A DNA stretch of 64,000 nt from the NCBI GenBank assembly GCA_002633005.1, contig NMRA01000408.1, positions 316,919-380,918 on the forward strand, in the 5' to 3' direction. Shown one piece after another: positions 25,125 to 60,025 of the stretch; the stretch's first letter is position 1, and each line of letters starts with the position of its first letter. The notes under the pieces were generated by a model. That model did not search any database. It saw only the letters and a program-made list of their open reading frames with translations, and was not told where the DNA came from. Both the position numbers and the translations under genes were made by a program. This DNA is from Phoronis australis. Lineage: Eukaryota; Animalia; Phoronida.

Positions 25125-25359
25125 CATATGCGCACCCAGGGGCCCACATCTGCCGGCGAAAAGGGCCAATCAGATCCGCCTCAGAGAAACAAAAACTCTG
25201 AAAAAAGTAGAAAACGTGACAAAAATTCGCTAAAAAGGCAGGAACTACCAAAATTCGGAGAAAGTACAATTCATAACTCTGAATGTACCCCGTGAATTTT
25301 AGTAAGGTCTACATTCTCAAACATTCGAGCCCCCCATTTTTAGGCTGGGTGCGCGCAAG
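25125..25359 (+). mobile_element. MITE family A, copy 3 (diverged)
   Basis: Degenerate TIRs; internal sequence matches the copy at 59556. Confidence 0.75.
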
Positions 25360-26684
25360 TGTTCGTTTACGAGTAACACTGCGATTCCTGGGGCCGATTA
25401 CATCATTAGCTCGTCTTCTCTGAAAATGTGAACTGGTAAACTACCCTTTTGACTCCCCGTGGGCGAGGCATTACTATGACAATTAGCGGAGCGTGGTAAC
25501 AAACTAGTTTCCGTTCAATAGGTGTTCAGCCAACCAGTATTCTACTGAGATTGATACATAACTCGTGATTTCCTTTGTGCACTTGCCTCACGTTGTGTAA
25601 GCCGTGATACTTTACAAGTTGCCTTTATTTTGAGTAAATAGGCCCAGTGAGCCTAACCGCTTGCTCTAGCCCAGGGGCTGTTACCTCAAAAGCCGTTGCG
25701 CAATGGAACTTCACCACTTGAACTATCTGACCGACGTCTCTGAAAGTGCCATTCTTGAGTGATATGCATGTGTGTGGTTAGGCCTTTCTACCAAATTTTG
25801 TTTCAAGGCTATAAACACATGCAGAAAAACTGCGAATCTAAGGTAAGAATCGCGCGCTTGAGCTTAAAGTTAAACTGAAAAGCGAATTCGACATACGGTG
25901 AAAGTTATAAAGCTCGAGTGAAACCGAAGGAAACATAGACAGGTTATCAATTGAAGCAAATCTTGTTAATCCCTAATGTATGTTCAGGGTTGTTCAATTT
26001 AAAGCTACATCTCGCCATGTTTAGCTGGTTAAAGAACAAAAGTCGAATTACTAGGTCTTTTATTATCACAACATGATGTCGGATGGACATTCCTTGATGT
26101 CACATGCTTTACAAAATTACTCATCTTAAACGTAATGATGCGCTTTTTCAAATTCGCAATTCTAATGAGTCTGAAGCGTTTTCTTGAATAGCTGGTGATT
26201 TACGATTGCTTACGGACGTAGAATCCTGCCACGACAAGGAGTATTATGAGAACGATCGACTTCATGCGAGTGAAAGACCGAATACGATTTTGTTTTTAGC
26301 CAAATACTGATACAATGCAAAATGCAGCGTCAAGTGGCGTAGTCCATGTATGATACGCCGTAACAATTAACAGTTACATTTTACGTTGTTAGGCCTCTCC
26401 TTACAAATAACAAGTTGTTACAATTTATAACATAGAAAATAAATCTGAAACTAAATGAGTTGATCCAGATCCTCTGAAGGATACTATTGTTTGACGAAAT
26501 GTAGAATAAATGTATGTAATTAAAACTGAAAGTTTCGGATATAATCATATCCTTTGTCAACAGAACCAGTCTAGAAATAGAATAAAATTAAACACGATAT
26601 GACAAATGACATCTGGGCCCGGAATCTAATTTTTGTACTCCAAACGAACTCGAAATTACTTTTGGTCACTTCTCTGTTACTTCT

Positions 26685-26944
26685 TGCGAACTCAAGATAA
26701 GTGGTTATTAGTCTGTGCTCGAATACATTATAGTTTACGCATATGAGCTCCTAGTTCAAGTTTGCACTTGAAGACCCTAATGTTCGTACTAAAAACTCGA
26801 GTAAAAACTCGAAATTTCGAGTTCAGACTCAAACTTTTAGCTTTGATCTTGGGTTTATCAACTGCAAACTAGGACTAAAAAATTATCCACGTAAGTCATT
26901 ATATACTCGAGCATAAAATAATAGACACTTATCTTGAGTTCGCA
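26685..26944. repeat. Palindromic (MITE-like) element with AACTCG/CGAGTT subrepeats
   Basis: TGCGAACTCAAGATAAGTG ... CACTTATCTTGAGTTCGCA perfect inverted pair. Confidence 0.65.
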
Positions 26945-27179
26945 CAAAAGTAGAGTAGAAAATGCCAAACGTGTGCGGATGGGCATAGCTGTCTTACAAC
27001 ATCTCTTGTGGCGCTTTTTATTGCCCATATTACCAGAGATTACCTATTATATAGTATTTACCTGTATTCATTTTATTGCAATTGTACTAGTCATAATAAA
27101 TGACCTTATATCGCCTACCTCGGTCTCCTTTTCATCTCTGGTAACGAGCTTGCGACGCACGTATCATTTATTTATTATT

Positions 27180-28300
27180 CGGGACGTATGTCGATCATAA
27201 AATTTAAGAAGTCTTTATTGTTTAATCCATCGGTTTCAAATGTGTTAAGCTTATCTGTACAAATTGTTCTCTTTTGAGACTGTGAGGGGTACTGGGTTAC
27301 TGAAGTTTTTCTATTATTTGTACAGAAAGATCTTGTAGATTATGGTTTTTGGAATTGATACGTATAGTATCAGGTATGTTTTTTATGTGTTATGCTAAAT
27401 CTATGGTTGCGAAACCGAGTTTGTGGATTATGTTGAGTTTGTCCTACGTATTGGACGGAACAATGTCTACATGTTACTATGTATTTGACATTGTTGGTCG
27501 TGCAGTTTTCAGAATAATGTTTTATTTCGAAGTTTCCATTGATTTGAGAAGACTGGAAGAAAGTATTGTCGTTGATAAAGTTACGCATTTTGCATCTAGA
27601 TTTGTTATATTGTGTGTTGCAAATATGTTTGTCAGTTTGGTTTTTAGTGTCCCTGTTTGCTCCAACTGAATAATTATTTAAACTTTGATATTTTCTCCAA
27701 GAAATTATTGGTGTATGAGGAAATTGCTTTTTCATTTGAGGGGAAATACGCAGAGTGGAAAGATGTTTTCTGAAGACGTGGCTAATTCCGTTTAAGCATG
27801 AATTGAGCATGGTTATGAAAGGTATTCTATAATTAGTATTGAGGTCTTTCGTTTTAGTTCTTAAAGATTCATTTCCTGCGATTGAGCGGATTTTGTCAAA
27901 CTATTTGTGTATAAGTTGTAAGGGGAAATGACGTTGAAGTAAGTAATGCTTGAGTGCTTTTAAGCGGTAGTTAAAGGCAGTTTTTTCTGAACAATGCGTC
28001 GGATTCTAAGTGCAAGGCTATATAGAAAGTTTTTCTTACAGTGAAAGGGATGCCATGTCCTTGAGTGATGTGGCAGATATTGGTGTTTGTCAGTTTCTTT
28101 ACAGAATAAGTCCGTTCCTAGTTTATCATGGCTAAGGATGACAGTGTCATCTAAAAATTAGATTTTTTTGAGGAATGTCATGAGTGAACTTTATCGTGGG
28201 AAGAAATTTGTTAACATTTTCTAGGAATACATGTAATTTTTGTGGGCCATGGGTTCAGATCATATCATTGATGACAATTTTATTATAGGTAAGACTTATG
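27180..28300 (-). mobile_element. Degenerate Penelope-like retroelement (RT C-terminal part + GIY-YIG endonuclease)
   Basis: Frameshifted RT/thumb relics (THGPQKLHVFLENVNKFLPTIKFTH, TDKHQYL, HPFHCKKNFLYSLAL), a CxxxxCxxC-like linker (CNTQYNKSRCKM), GIY-YIG segment KYIVTCRHCSVQYVGQT..RFRNH, and C-terminal REQF..DKLNTFETDGLN. Several stops and frameshifts; 5'-truncated. Confidence 0.88.
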
Positions 28301-28861
28301 GGAAAGTCACTCGGCGACGTACAAGTAATATGATTATGAAATGTGTGAAAAGCGAAGATACATCTATTGCCGCAGTCCCTGGGTCCAGGGGGTTGTGGGT
28401 CGTGGGGGTTGTGGGTCGAGGAGGTCTTGGGTCGAGAGGATCAAGGGGTCGAAGGGGTTTTAGAACAATCCCATCTATTCTTCTCTTCCTATGCCACCCC
28501 ACACCAGCTCTCCAACTACCCCAAACTTTCCCACTTCCCGGATCTTCAGTCGATCATGTTGTAGATTTTACGGATTCAACTGGAAACAAAATTGTTCCGG
28601 CTGAAGCGGGCCAATTGAAAACAAAATTGTTCCCGATGGCCAAAAAGATATGAAAGATATCCGCCAAAACAGTTACACGTATAGACGGAGTTTTCCAGAA
28701 GAAATCGTATTAAAATAACATTTCTTATTCACCCTAATAAGCGCCCATGCCCTGTAAGCGTCCCCACGCGTTTTTAGACTGCTAAAATACGAGTCCCCCA
28801 GTCCATGAACGCCGTGTACATGCGAAAATGCCTTACCTACAGTTCTAAAATTCTAAAGTAA

Positions 28862-29221
28862 CGTCCTGAAAAAATCATTGTGCGCTGAATTTGCAGACCA
28901 CGAGCCTCGTCGCTATGTCAGTATTTGGCCGTGACTATACACTTCAAACTTCCGTCGTACTTCAAAAAGAACGCAAAAGTTTTGCTGATCTTGCGAGGGA
29001 CGTGTCCTACTATGGTCGGGAATTCCGGAACAGACGCAGCGTACTTGGTATACTGGTTTGGGCCATGTCAATGTCTCGTGAGATTGTCCCTTCGTGTGAA
29101 CGACACGTTAAAAAATTTGCAGGTCCATATTCCCCCATGAATCCTTACCGAATCGATGTCTTTGTAGCTTTCGAGACGTGTCGAAACTTTTACCACAAAG
29201 GCTGCAACCGTGTTCTTTCAT
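28862..29221 (-). pseudogene. Degenerate C2H2 zinc-finger pair + HIRAN-like domain relic, probably transposon-borne
   Basis: MKEHGCSLCGKSFDTSRKLQRH / (frameshift) WTCKFFNVSFTRRDNLTRH* then NQYTKYAASV..IVGHVPRKISKTFAFFLKYDGSLKCIVTAKY*HS..GLQI..MIFSG, with in-frame stops. Confidence 0.55.
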
Positions 29222-29451
29222 TGCTTAAAAATAAGAGTTAATATGAAGACGAATCCGAATCTGAATTTAAAAAACATAGAGGAAAACGTCCAACACAGTC
29301 CTGTAAAAGGATGACTGCTCTCTCTTAGTCGCTTTCACGGAGGTCGTTGTAAATATCGTCCGCGACCTTTACTCGTTCAAAAAACGAAAATGCCTCAATG
29401 AGATGGCGATCAGCTCTGTAAAAGATCGTCACATTGTTGTGCAATTGTTAA

Positions 29452-29946
29452 AGGCGAAGGCAACCTTTTTCCATGTCATTTTGAGCTAAAATAAGGTTGG
29501 TTGGTTATCCTAGACATATATTTTTCACTTAATTACAGCTTTTCGTAATTTTATTAATTATTCGTCCGCTTTTCCGGAAGTGACGTTTTAGGAGGCAAGC
29601 GCTTCCCGCCAATTTCTTTTCACATAGTCTGACTGTGAGAGCTGCCGAGTCAGTCATTGTTCTACCTCGGTTGTGTTAAGTTCCGTCGTTGTTCGCTTTC
29701 ATTTACTAGTCAGTCAACATGCCACACTGTTGCTGCGTACCGGGATGTAGTAATTATCGGCTCACGCGCGCTTTGGGAGTGCCTTTGCATCGCTTTCCGA
29801 TGGATGACACACTTCGCCGTACTTGGCTCGTTCGTGTGAAGAACGCAGCGTTACCCGTCCACGCAACGTACAAAGCAGTGGAGAATTACCGTGTGTGTGG
29901 CAAGCACTTTCTGCCGTCCGATTACGAAAGGGATNACGATTTTTAA
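29452..29946 (+). mobile_element. 5' end of a THAP-domain DNA transposon (Kolobok-like terminus) with intact THAP zinc finger, cut at an assembly N
   Basis: ORF 29719-29946 MPHCCCVPGCSN..LHRFP..RRTWL..RVCGKHFLPSDY is a complete C2CH THAP motif. TTAA|AGGCGAAGG terminus-like site at 29448-29460. Coding character stops at the N at 29935. Confidence 0.72.
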
Positions 29947-30416
29947 GACACTACAGTAGCATATAGCAAATTAAAACAAAAACATAATCACCCTGCGGTA
30001 ACATGGTGGCAGATATGTTTATAGGTCACTGCCAGTTCGCTTTTGTAACCAAGAAGTAGCGAAACATAATTGTTTTGCGCGTTTGCATTTCTATTCTGAC
30101 CGTTTCGTTCACGATTCGTAAAGCGCAATTGGTTTTACTTAATTATTAATGGCACACGCGTTATCTTCAATGCGCACTACTACTTCATAAGTTATTTATA
30201 CTTCAATTATAGGGTCTACTAATTTACTCAAATTGCATTGTCAAACCTCTTTAAAATTAAGCCGGACGATGAGCAAAGAAAGTCCGCGATTGGGCTGAAT
30301 ATTTCAGAAACATGGTATAACCGCCAACAGAAAACACGACAACGTTCATCGTTTGTTACATCTATATAACGTCTAGGCTCACGTGACTTGTATGTAGTTT
30401 GTACTTGTCAGGTGAC

Positions 30417-43380
<12,964 letters not shown>

Positions 43381-44302
43381 TCATGGAATTTTATTACTAT
43401 TGTGCTGACAGAAATGAACACAAAAATGCTAATATCCTACAGTGTATGGATGGATCGAGTATCGCCTCCAATTATAAGAATCCTGTCATGATCTCGTAAA
43501 TAAGACGCAAAACTCGTAGCATCTTCAATTTGGTTATGAGTGCGCGATGCGAACATGCTTCCTCCACAAGATTGTCCAAAGCCTGCGTCAGTAGTGTCCA
43601 CCCAGCTAAATATCTTTTGGAGGAGGCTACAAACATGTCCTAATTTGTTTAAATCCGAAACAGCATATCTCAGAAATAACTGGTTGGATTCTTATGGAAG
43701 TTTGAGATACTAAGCTTTATGCAGCGTTCCCCAAAACGCTGTGCATATAAAGAAATTATTTTTTAAAAGTTCTCCTTTTGCACTAGGAACTATCAAGAAT
43801 AGAACTCGTTATTTTTAGAAAAGAAATTGAAGTTGCATAAAGGAAAATGAAATGATAAATTAGAAATCTATATCAGCGTTTTTGAGATTTCACTTTGAAT
43901 ATTCATATCTAACGAAATTTCGAAATTTAATCATGTTTAGTTGTTGATACCGTTGCTTTACTACATGTATGAATGTAAATTTCTTTTTTGCTCAGTTAAT
44001 GGCACATTGGTATAAAGTCAAAAATCAAATTCTTCAGACTTTCTATATTCAGAAAATATATGTTTTGACCGAGTTAAAATCAATGTAGAAATTGTGTAGA
44101 ATGAACAGACTTGTCGAAAAGGTGCTACACTACCGTAAGTTAGCAGCCATGTGTGCCTAGATAATGATAAGATCATCTGAGACGTGCGGATTTCTTAGAA
44201 GTTTGAGAAAGAGGCTCACAACAGCACAAGCTGACGTAATCGTCGACTTGCTACTGTTTTATAACAATGCCTAATAGTTTGTTCACGTGTCTTGCTCATT
44301 AA

Positions 44303-44411
44303 TAGAGAGGTTTCTCAAAGCGACGTGAACGTGAATTACCATGCATTTATAATACCGCGTCAGACATGCCATTGTTCGCAGGAGTTCGTAGAAACGACGT
44401 TTTCACATTCA

Positions 44412-44475
<64 letters not shown>

Positions 44476-44662
44476 TATTTGGCGGATAGGTACTACGATA
44501 ACTGGACACCCTGAGCTCAGTTATTTTCTTCACGTTTACTTTCACGTTCGCGTAAAAACTTAGCTGTTGCGAAACCCAGGTTTGTTACTGTAACGTGAAC
44601 TAGCACTCGCAGTTACGCATGCGTCATAATTCATATTCACGTCGCTTTGCGAAACCTCTCTA
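44303..44662. mobile_element. Palindromic MITE with internal (TACATA)n/(TA)n microsatellite
   Basis: TIR TAGAGAGGTTTC.CAAAGCGACGTGAA..TGAATTA at both ends; microsatellite at about 44415-44467. Confidence 0.78.
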
Positions 44663-46326
44663 ATGACGCCACAGAAATAACGGTTTCTGAAGGTAATGTA
44701 TAGATGAATTCAATTATCAAAGGTATTGTCGTTTCTTATATTTTGATACGCTCTTTTAAGTATAAAAACTTACGGCAGCCTGAGCAGTTGCAACATTTGC
44801 AAGTGTAGAAGAGGTCTATCAAGGCTTCGCGGTACGGTGTATTACGTTGGCGGAATTTGTATTAACCGGAAGATGTGTTATTGAAAGGTTGGAGGTCCTC
44901 GTGGATAAAAATGGCCGGGAGCTGGCGATAACACTTGAGCAAAATATTTTGAAACCTGAAAACTCAATCAGGTCAGATTTACCTGTCTATAAACTGCCCT
45001 TTTATGTTCTTTGTTCCATTAATTTCACAACACTATTACGAGTGTAGTTCTCTTTGTCTCATGCAGAAAACGCCAGTTTTCGGCCATGTTGTTATATATG
45101 TCACACCTTATTACATAATTAACGGAATAAAATTTCTCCAAGTCTATTACTCTGTCGTAATTTTTTATCGTTTCTTTGTTTGTACACACGTTACTTGTGG
45201 AATTTTTCGCTCGATCGACTTGAAATTCGCAAACAACATGTATCTTGTTAAAATCTAGATGCCAAATAAGACTAATGATGGCGCCCTGGCATCCACTTTT
45301 CAAATTTTAGGACTATCCTTTTTCACTCCCATTAGTTGGTCAGCTGACTTGCATTGTTTGAAAATCATTTGACAAAACATTGTTACTTTTTACTAACCAG
45401 AAAAGTTAAAGCTGAAATTCGCCCTGTTAAGCGGACTAAACACGAAATAGACCTTTAAACTTACTAAACCGGTCTCAAGAACTTTCCTAACCATGATAGG
45501 ACTTACTTTACCGTGAAAACCATATAAACCTTCAGTAGGTCAAGAACCCCGCCGGTTCGTTGATCTTATTAGGGTCATTTTCGTGAGTACATTGCTAACC
45601 ATATCTTGCTTTTGGGTCTTCGGTTAAGAGCTCTAAGAATGTTTAAAATCAGTCAAGCAGGTCGAAATGCAACGTAAAGTGTGTATAACTGTATAGACTG
45701 CTCTGCTATAAGTCATGTAGTGAAAAGTGAATTCCTTTTGTTCAGCTGCTGTAAAAAATCAAAAAAAAAATTAGGCAATGACTTGCCCCTTTGAAAAACT
45801 CACTTAGAACCTCCACTCTGTTGCAACAAGATCATTTAGCTCACCATTTACCAGCAAACGAAACATTAGAAATTCGTGTAGTTGACTAATCCACACCTCA
45901 CCAAGTTATCGGACAGATGTCACAAGATGTCCCACAAAGTACTTGAAAAACATCAGCAGCCCCGCAGGTGAAATCTGCTGAATTAAATGGTATCACTGAT
46001 CACACGGCATAGTGGTGGAAAGATTAATCATGTTATAGTTGTACACGAATTTATTACTTATGGGAGCCGAGCTCGAAAAATTCGTATTCTAATTAATGTT
46101 TTGGAGAAATATTCAAATGTTCATCGGAAACCGCTGCCGTACACCTCAGTGATTTGATGAAGATAAGTTTGGTTTTCTCATATAATGGTGGTACTTACTG
46201 GATGTTTGAAAAATTATGCGACATACGGCCTCAAAATCGGCCTCTAAACTAAACGGCAGGACTTTACTTCCGTCTCTGGAAGAAGTCCAGAAGGTACTGT
46301 GAAAAATCTTCAGAAATCATACAACT

Positions 46327-46465
46327 CAGTAGCGGATTTAGAGAGGGGGGCAAGGGGGCCGTGGCAACCCCTGAAATTCTCCCACATTCCATTTGGCACT
46401 GAGTTCGGGGGGTGCGAATATCTGACGGGCAAAATCCTGTATAATATTCTGCCCTGCCCCCCCCG
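46327..46465 (+). mobile_element. MITE family B, 3'-truncated copy
   Basis: Colinear similarity to 20547-20680. Confidence 0.7.
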
Positions 46466-46895
46466 AATGAGCTTAGTGATATAACTTTGGCTGACTTTTC
46501 AAAATTATCTCACTCGTGGCAAACTTCCAAAGTTAGACAAAAAGTTAGCCGCCACGAATCGCCAGTTTTCACACTGCACGACCGAGCACCACTAACCTAA
46601 AGCTGTTATACCGTGTTCTAATGTAAACACTTCAACTTGCACCTCAGAAGCAACGTCATCGCGTTCTTGTCCTCTGTTGGAACTGAGGTATGCTACAAAA
46701 ATCTCACATAATTCCGCCGACGACCATACTGCTTAACGGCTGGAACTACCCGGCCGTTACTCACAAACTTTAAAGCCCTGTCAGTTCTCAATTCTAGAAA
46801 TCACTTCTAACCTGAGTTACTAAGCAACACCTGAAACTGATTTCAAAACACGAGATGTCCTAAGTCAAAATTTGTTTGTTGATAGAAGACGCGAG

Positions 46896-46901
46896 TTTAT
46901 T
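46896..46901 (-). promoter_or_regulatory. Candidate polyadenylation signal of the trypsin-like gene
   Basis: AATAAA on the minus strand about 100 nt after the stop codon. Confidence 0.5.
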
Positions 46902-46997
46902 GCTTCTTTAAGAATAGATTTGTTGTTACTCTCATTCAAAACTCAGAATGTCATTTATGCAATTTCATTCCTTGTTTCTTCCATGTCCGTTCCTTTT

Positions 46998-57469
<10,472 letters not shown>

Positions 57470-57523
57470 AGTGGTGACTCTGCCAAGTATCCGCCGGGAT
57501 GGGCAAGGTAGGGCGAGGCCCAA

Positions 57524-57529
57524 TTTATA
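57524..57529 (-). promoter_or_regulatory. TATA box of the trypsin-like gene
   Basis: TATAAA on the minus strand, about 55 nt upstream of the ATG at 57469. Confidence 0.6.
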
Positions 57530-58247
57530 CTAAAAGGCTTATCATACCTGTAATCATTCCAAAATGAAATTCTGTCGGTTCCCAGTGTGGGCCCCGATAA
57601 AGGTCATATTTTTATACGCCATCGGCCACGTGCTCCTAGGCCCACACAAACTGTGTGATGTGCTCGTGAACAACTGAACACATGGCGAGTAAAAATCTAT
57701 CATAACGGTAACAAAACTTCTTACGAACATTGTGTTCGTACGAATATCCCAGGTCTCCTGAAAGTCGGAGTTTGAAGACATTCGTAGAGGGGCAAAGTAT
57801 CTTGTGGATTTTTTAGTTCGCACGATGCACAGTTACCCTACATTAGACATGAGAGTAACTACAGGTATTCCTGAGATAAAGGAGTATTGAGCGATCGTAC
57901 GATGACCTTAGTAATCTATGTAATGATGCAATGACTTTTAAAAGGATACTAAACCCTGTTTTCACGATTTCTGCCAATCCGTTCTGCATCATTGGCGTCA
58001 TGATCATTTTTCGGAAAAGGTACATAATGGTAACTACCCAGTGTCTCAATCTTATACAATAAATGACGCCAAACATTTGTGGTGATAAATACACACTAAA
58101 GCAGCGATAACAACTATTCGGGACTCTTCAAGTATAAAGACTTTCAGCGAGTTAAGACAAAAGTTCAAGATGATGACGCCGTGAGGTAAATAGTATCGTA
58201 AATACTATGTAGAATGATACTATTTGCGGCGTAAGGTAATTACTTTA

Positions 58248-60025
58248 CGCCTCTAACAAGAATTAAGTTGCGCACGTAATTTACGTGTGTAACGTTTACA
58301 CATTTGGCCAGCGATAGAAATACGCCCAAGACAGCACAGTGAACAGTATGCTTCTCGGACTGTTGATTAGCCACATCTTGCAATTTATGAAATAAAAAGG
58401 CCACAAATGGGGCACCACGTAAGAAAAATCATCTGTTTTTATGAAACTTTTATGAAATGATACACTAAGCATTGAAAATCACAAAAACACCCAGCTGTGG
58501 GCCTAAATATAATCGTGGGGGACGCCTGCCTAAAAAGAAGAGCTACACTGTATCAAGGAGTAATTACCCAGTAACGAACGACATAGCAAGAGTGTTTGTT
58601 TGTGGACCCAGTTATGAAACATTATACTGAGTAATTTGGACTGAGAATGTTCCTCTCAAATATTTCACTCAAATCTTGTTTCAGGTTGGGTGGAAATAAA
58701 ACACACAGCATTAGTTTTGACATTCCTCATACCGTAGATGGACGTCAGATTTCAGTAGCTACATGTACATGTATATATTATACCCTTCTTCCCGAACTCC
58801 TACTCTCGGACCGAAGTGACAAATATGATGCACCTAACGAAAGTGTCGTCTAGGTTGCACCCACTCAAGACAAAATGCATTCAGCTGAAAGGTGCAATCA
58901 TTATTGATAAATCTTGGAATTGCACTCAAATTGTGCTAGCAATCGCTTTAAAATAAGATGCATCATTATCAATCGCACCTAAGTTGCGTTTATTGCGCGC
59001 CTTTGATCATATTTTGCTTGCTGATAATGTGTAACACAATCGAGGCGTTCCACCAAATTTCAAAAACCAAAAATGCTATTTACGCATAACATAAAACTTT
59101 CGAAAGCAAGGTTAATGCAAATTTCTAAGTCAATTTTGAGTTTTAATTGTAAAACCAGAAATTGATTAGACTTGTACTAGTACGTTCTGCACAGTATAAT
59201 GACTATGGAACGAATGTATACAAAGCAATCGCTTAAGTTCCTTTCAAATAATAGAACTCTTGCAGTGTTTCAAACAAAAACAGTCACAAGCAGACCTAAC
59301 ACTTTCATATTCTTGAAATTACAAGAAACACATAACAGAAACTGAACCATTGAGTTCTTTTGTTACTTTTTTCAAATGTAGCTAACCCCAACAAACAGAA
59401 AACATTTTGTGATGTGACAACTTCCTCCATGGAGTATTTTGGGCCTCGAACGATACAAAGGTCTCTCCTAATCATACGTTTCTTACATTTTGGGTAATGC
59501 GATGCTTCAGAAAGAGTAGAACTACACGCGAAATGTTACTATGTGGGCATAAATGCATGCGCGCACCCATGGGGGCCCGGCGAAGTGGGAAAAAAGTCCA
59601 CCTAAGAGAAAAAAATTCTCTGAAAAAAGTAGAAAACGAGACAAAAGTCCACTAAAAAAGGCTGAAACTACCAAAAGTCGGCAAATGCACCATTCATAGC
59701 TTTAACGTACCACGTGAATATTAGTAAAAGATCGACATTATCAAAAATTTGAGCCCCCCTTTTTAGGCTGGGCGCGAGCATGAAATTCACACTGGAACCT
59801 TTCCGTTGAAGATCTTTATGTAGCAAAAATTAAAGGTCACCAAACTCAAGTGTTTGGAATGGAAGTATTGAAAAGTCAAAAGCTCGAGGTGGCACTGCAG
59901 ACCACTATAGCTCTGCTCAAAAGGTGGCACTGCAGACAGCTGTAGCCTCGAGGAAACGCTGGCCAAATGTGCTGTGAACGTTACGCACGTAAATTACGTG
60001 TGTAAGTTAATTCTTGTTAGTGGAG
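58248..60025. mobile_element. Non-autonomous TIR DNA element with about 70-bp TIRs and TA flanks (Tc1/mariner-like)
   Basis: 58244-58313 is an inverted copy of 59957-60029 (..CTAACAAGAATTAA..CACGTAATTTACGTG..CATTTGGCCAGCG). TA on both sides; no transposase ORF inside. Confidence 0.75.
59556..59782 (+). mobile_element. MITE family A, copy 5 (nested in a TA-flanked element)
   Basis: CATGCGCGCACCCAT ... CTGGGCGCGAGCATG; flanks AAATG/AAATT. Confidence 0.8.

Noticed and set aside
27370-27372. TGA ending the GIY-YIG ORF as a possible selenocysteine codon (some PLEs encode selenoproteins)
   Set aside because: It is not at a conserved Cys position, the frame shifts right after it, the copy has other stops, and I see no convincing SECIS.
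27349-27669. 106-aa hydrophobic plus-strand ORF
   Set aside because: Antisense shadow of the Penelope-like GIY-YIG region.
28240-28653. 137-aa Gly/Arg-rich ORF
   Set aside because: Produced by a G-rich GGGTCGAGG-type repeat joined to antisense PLE sequence; no splice or domain support.
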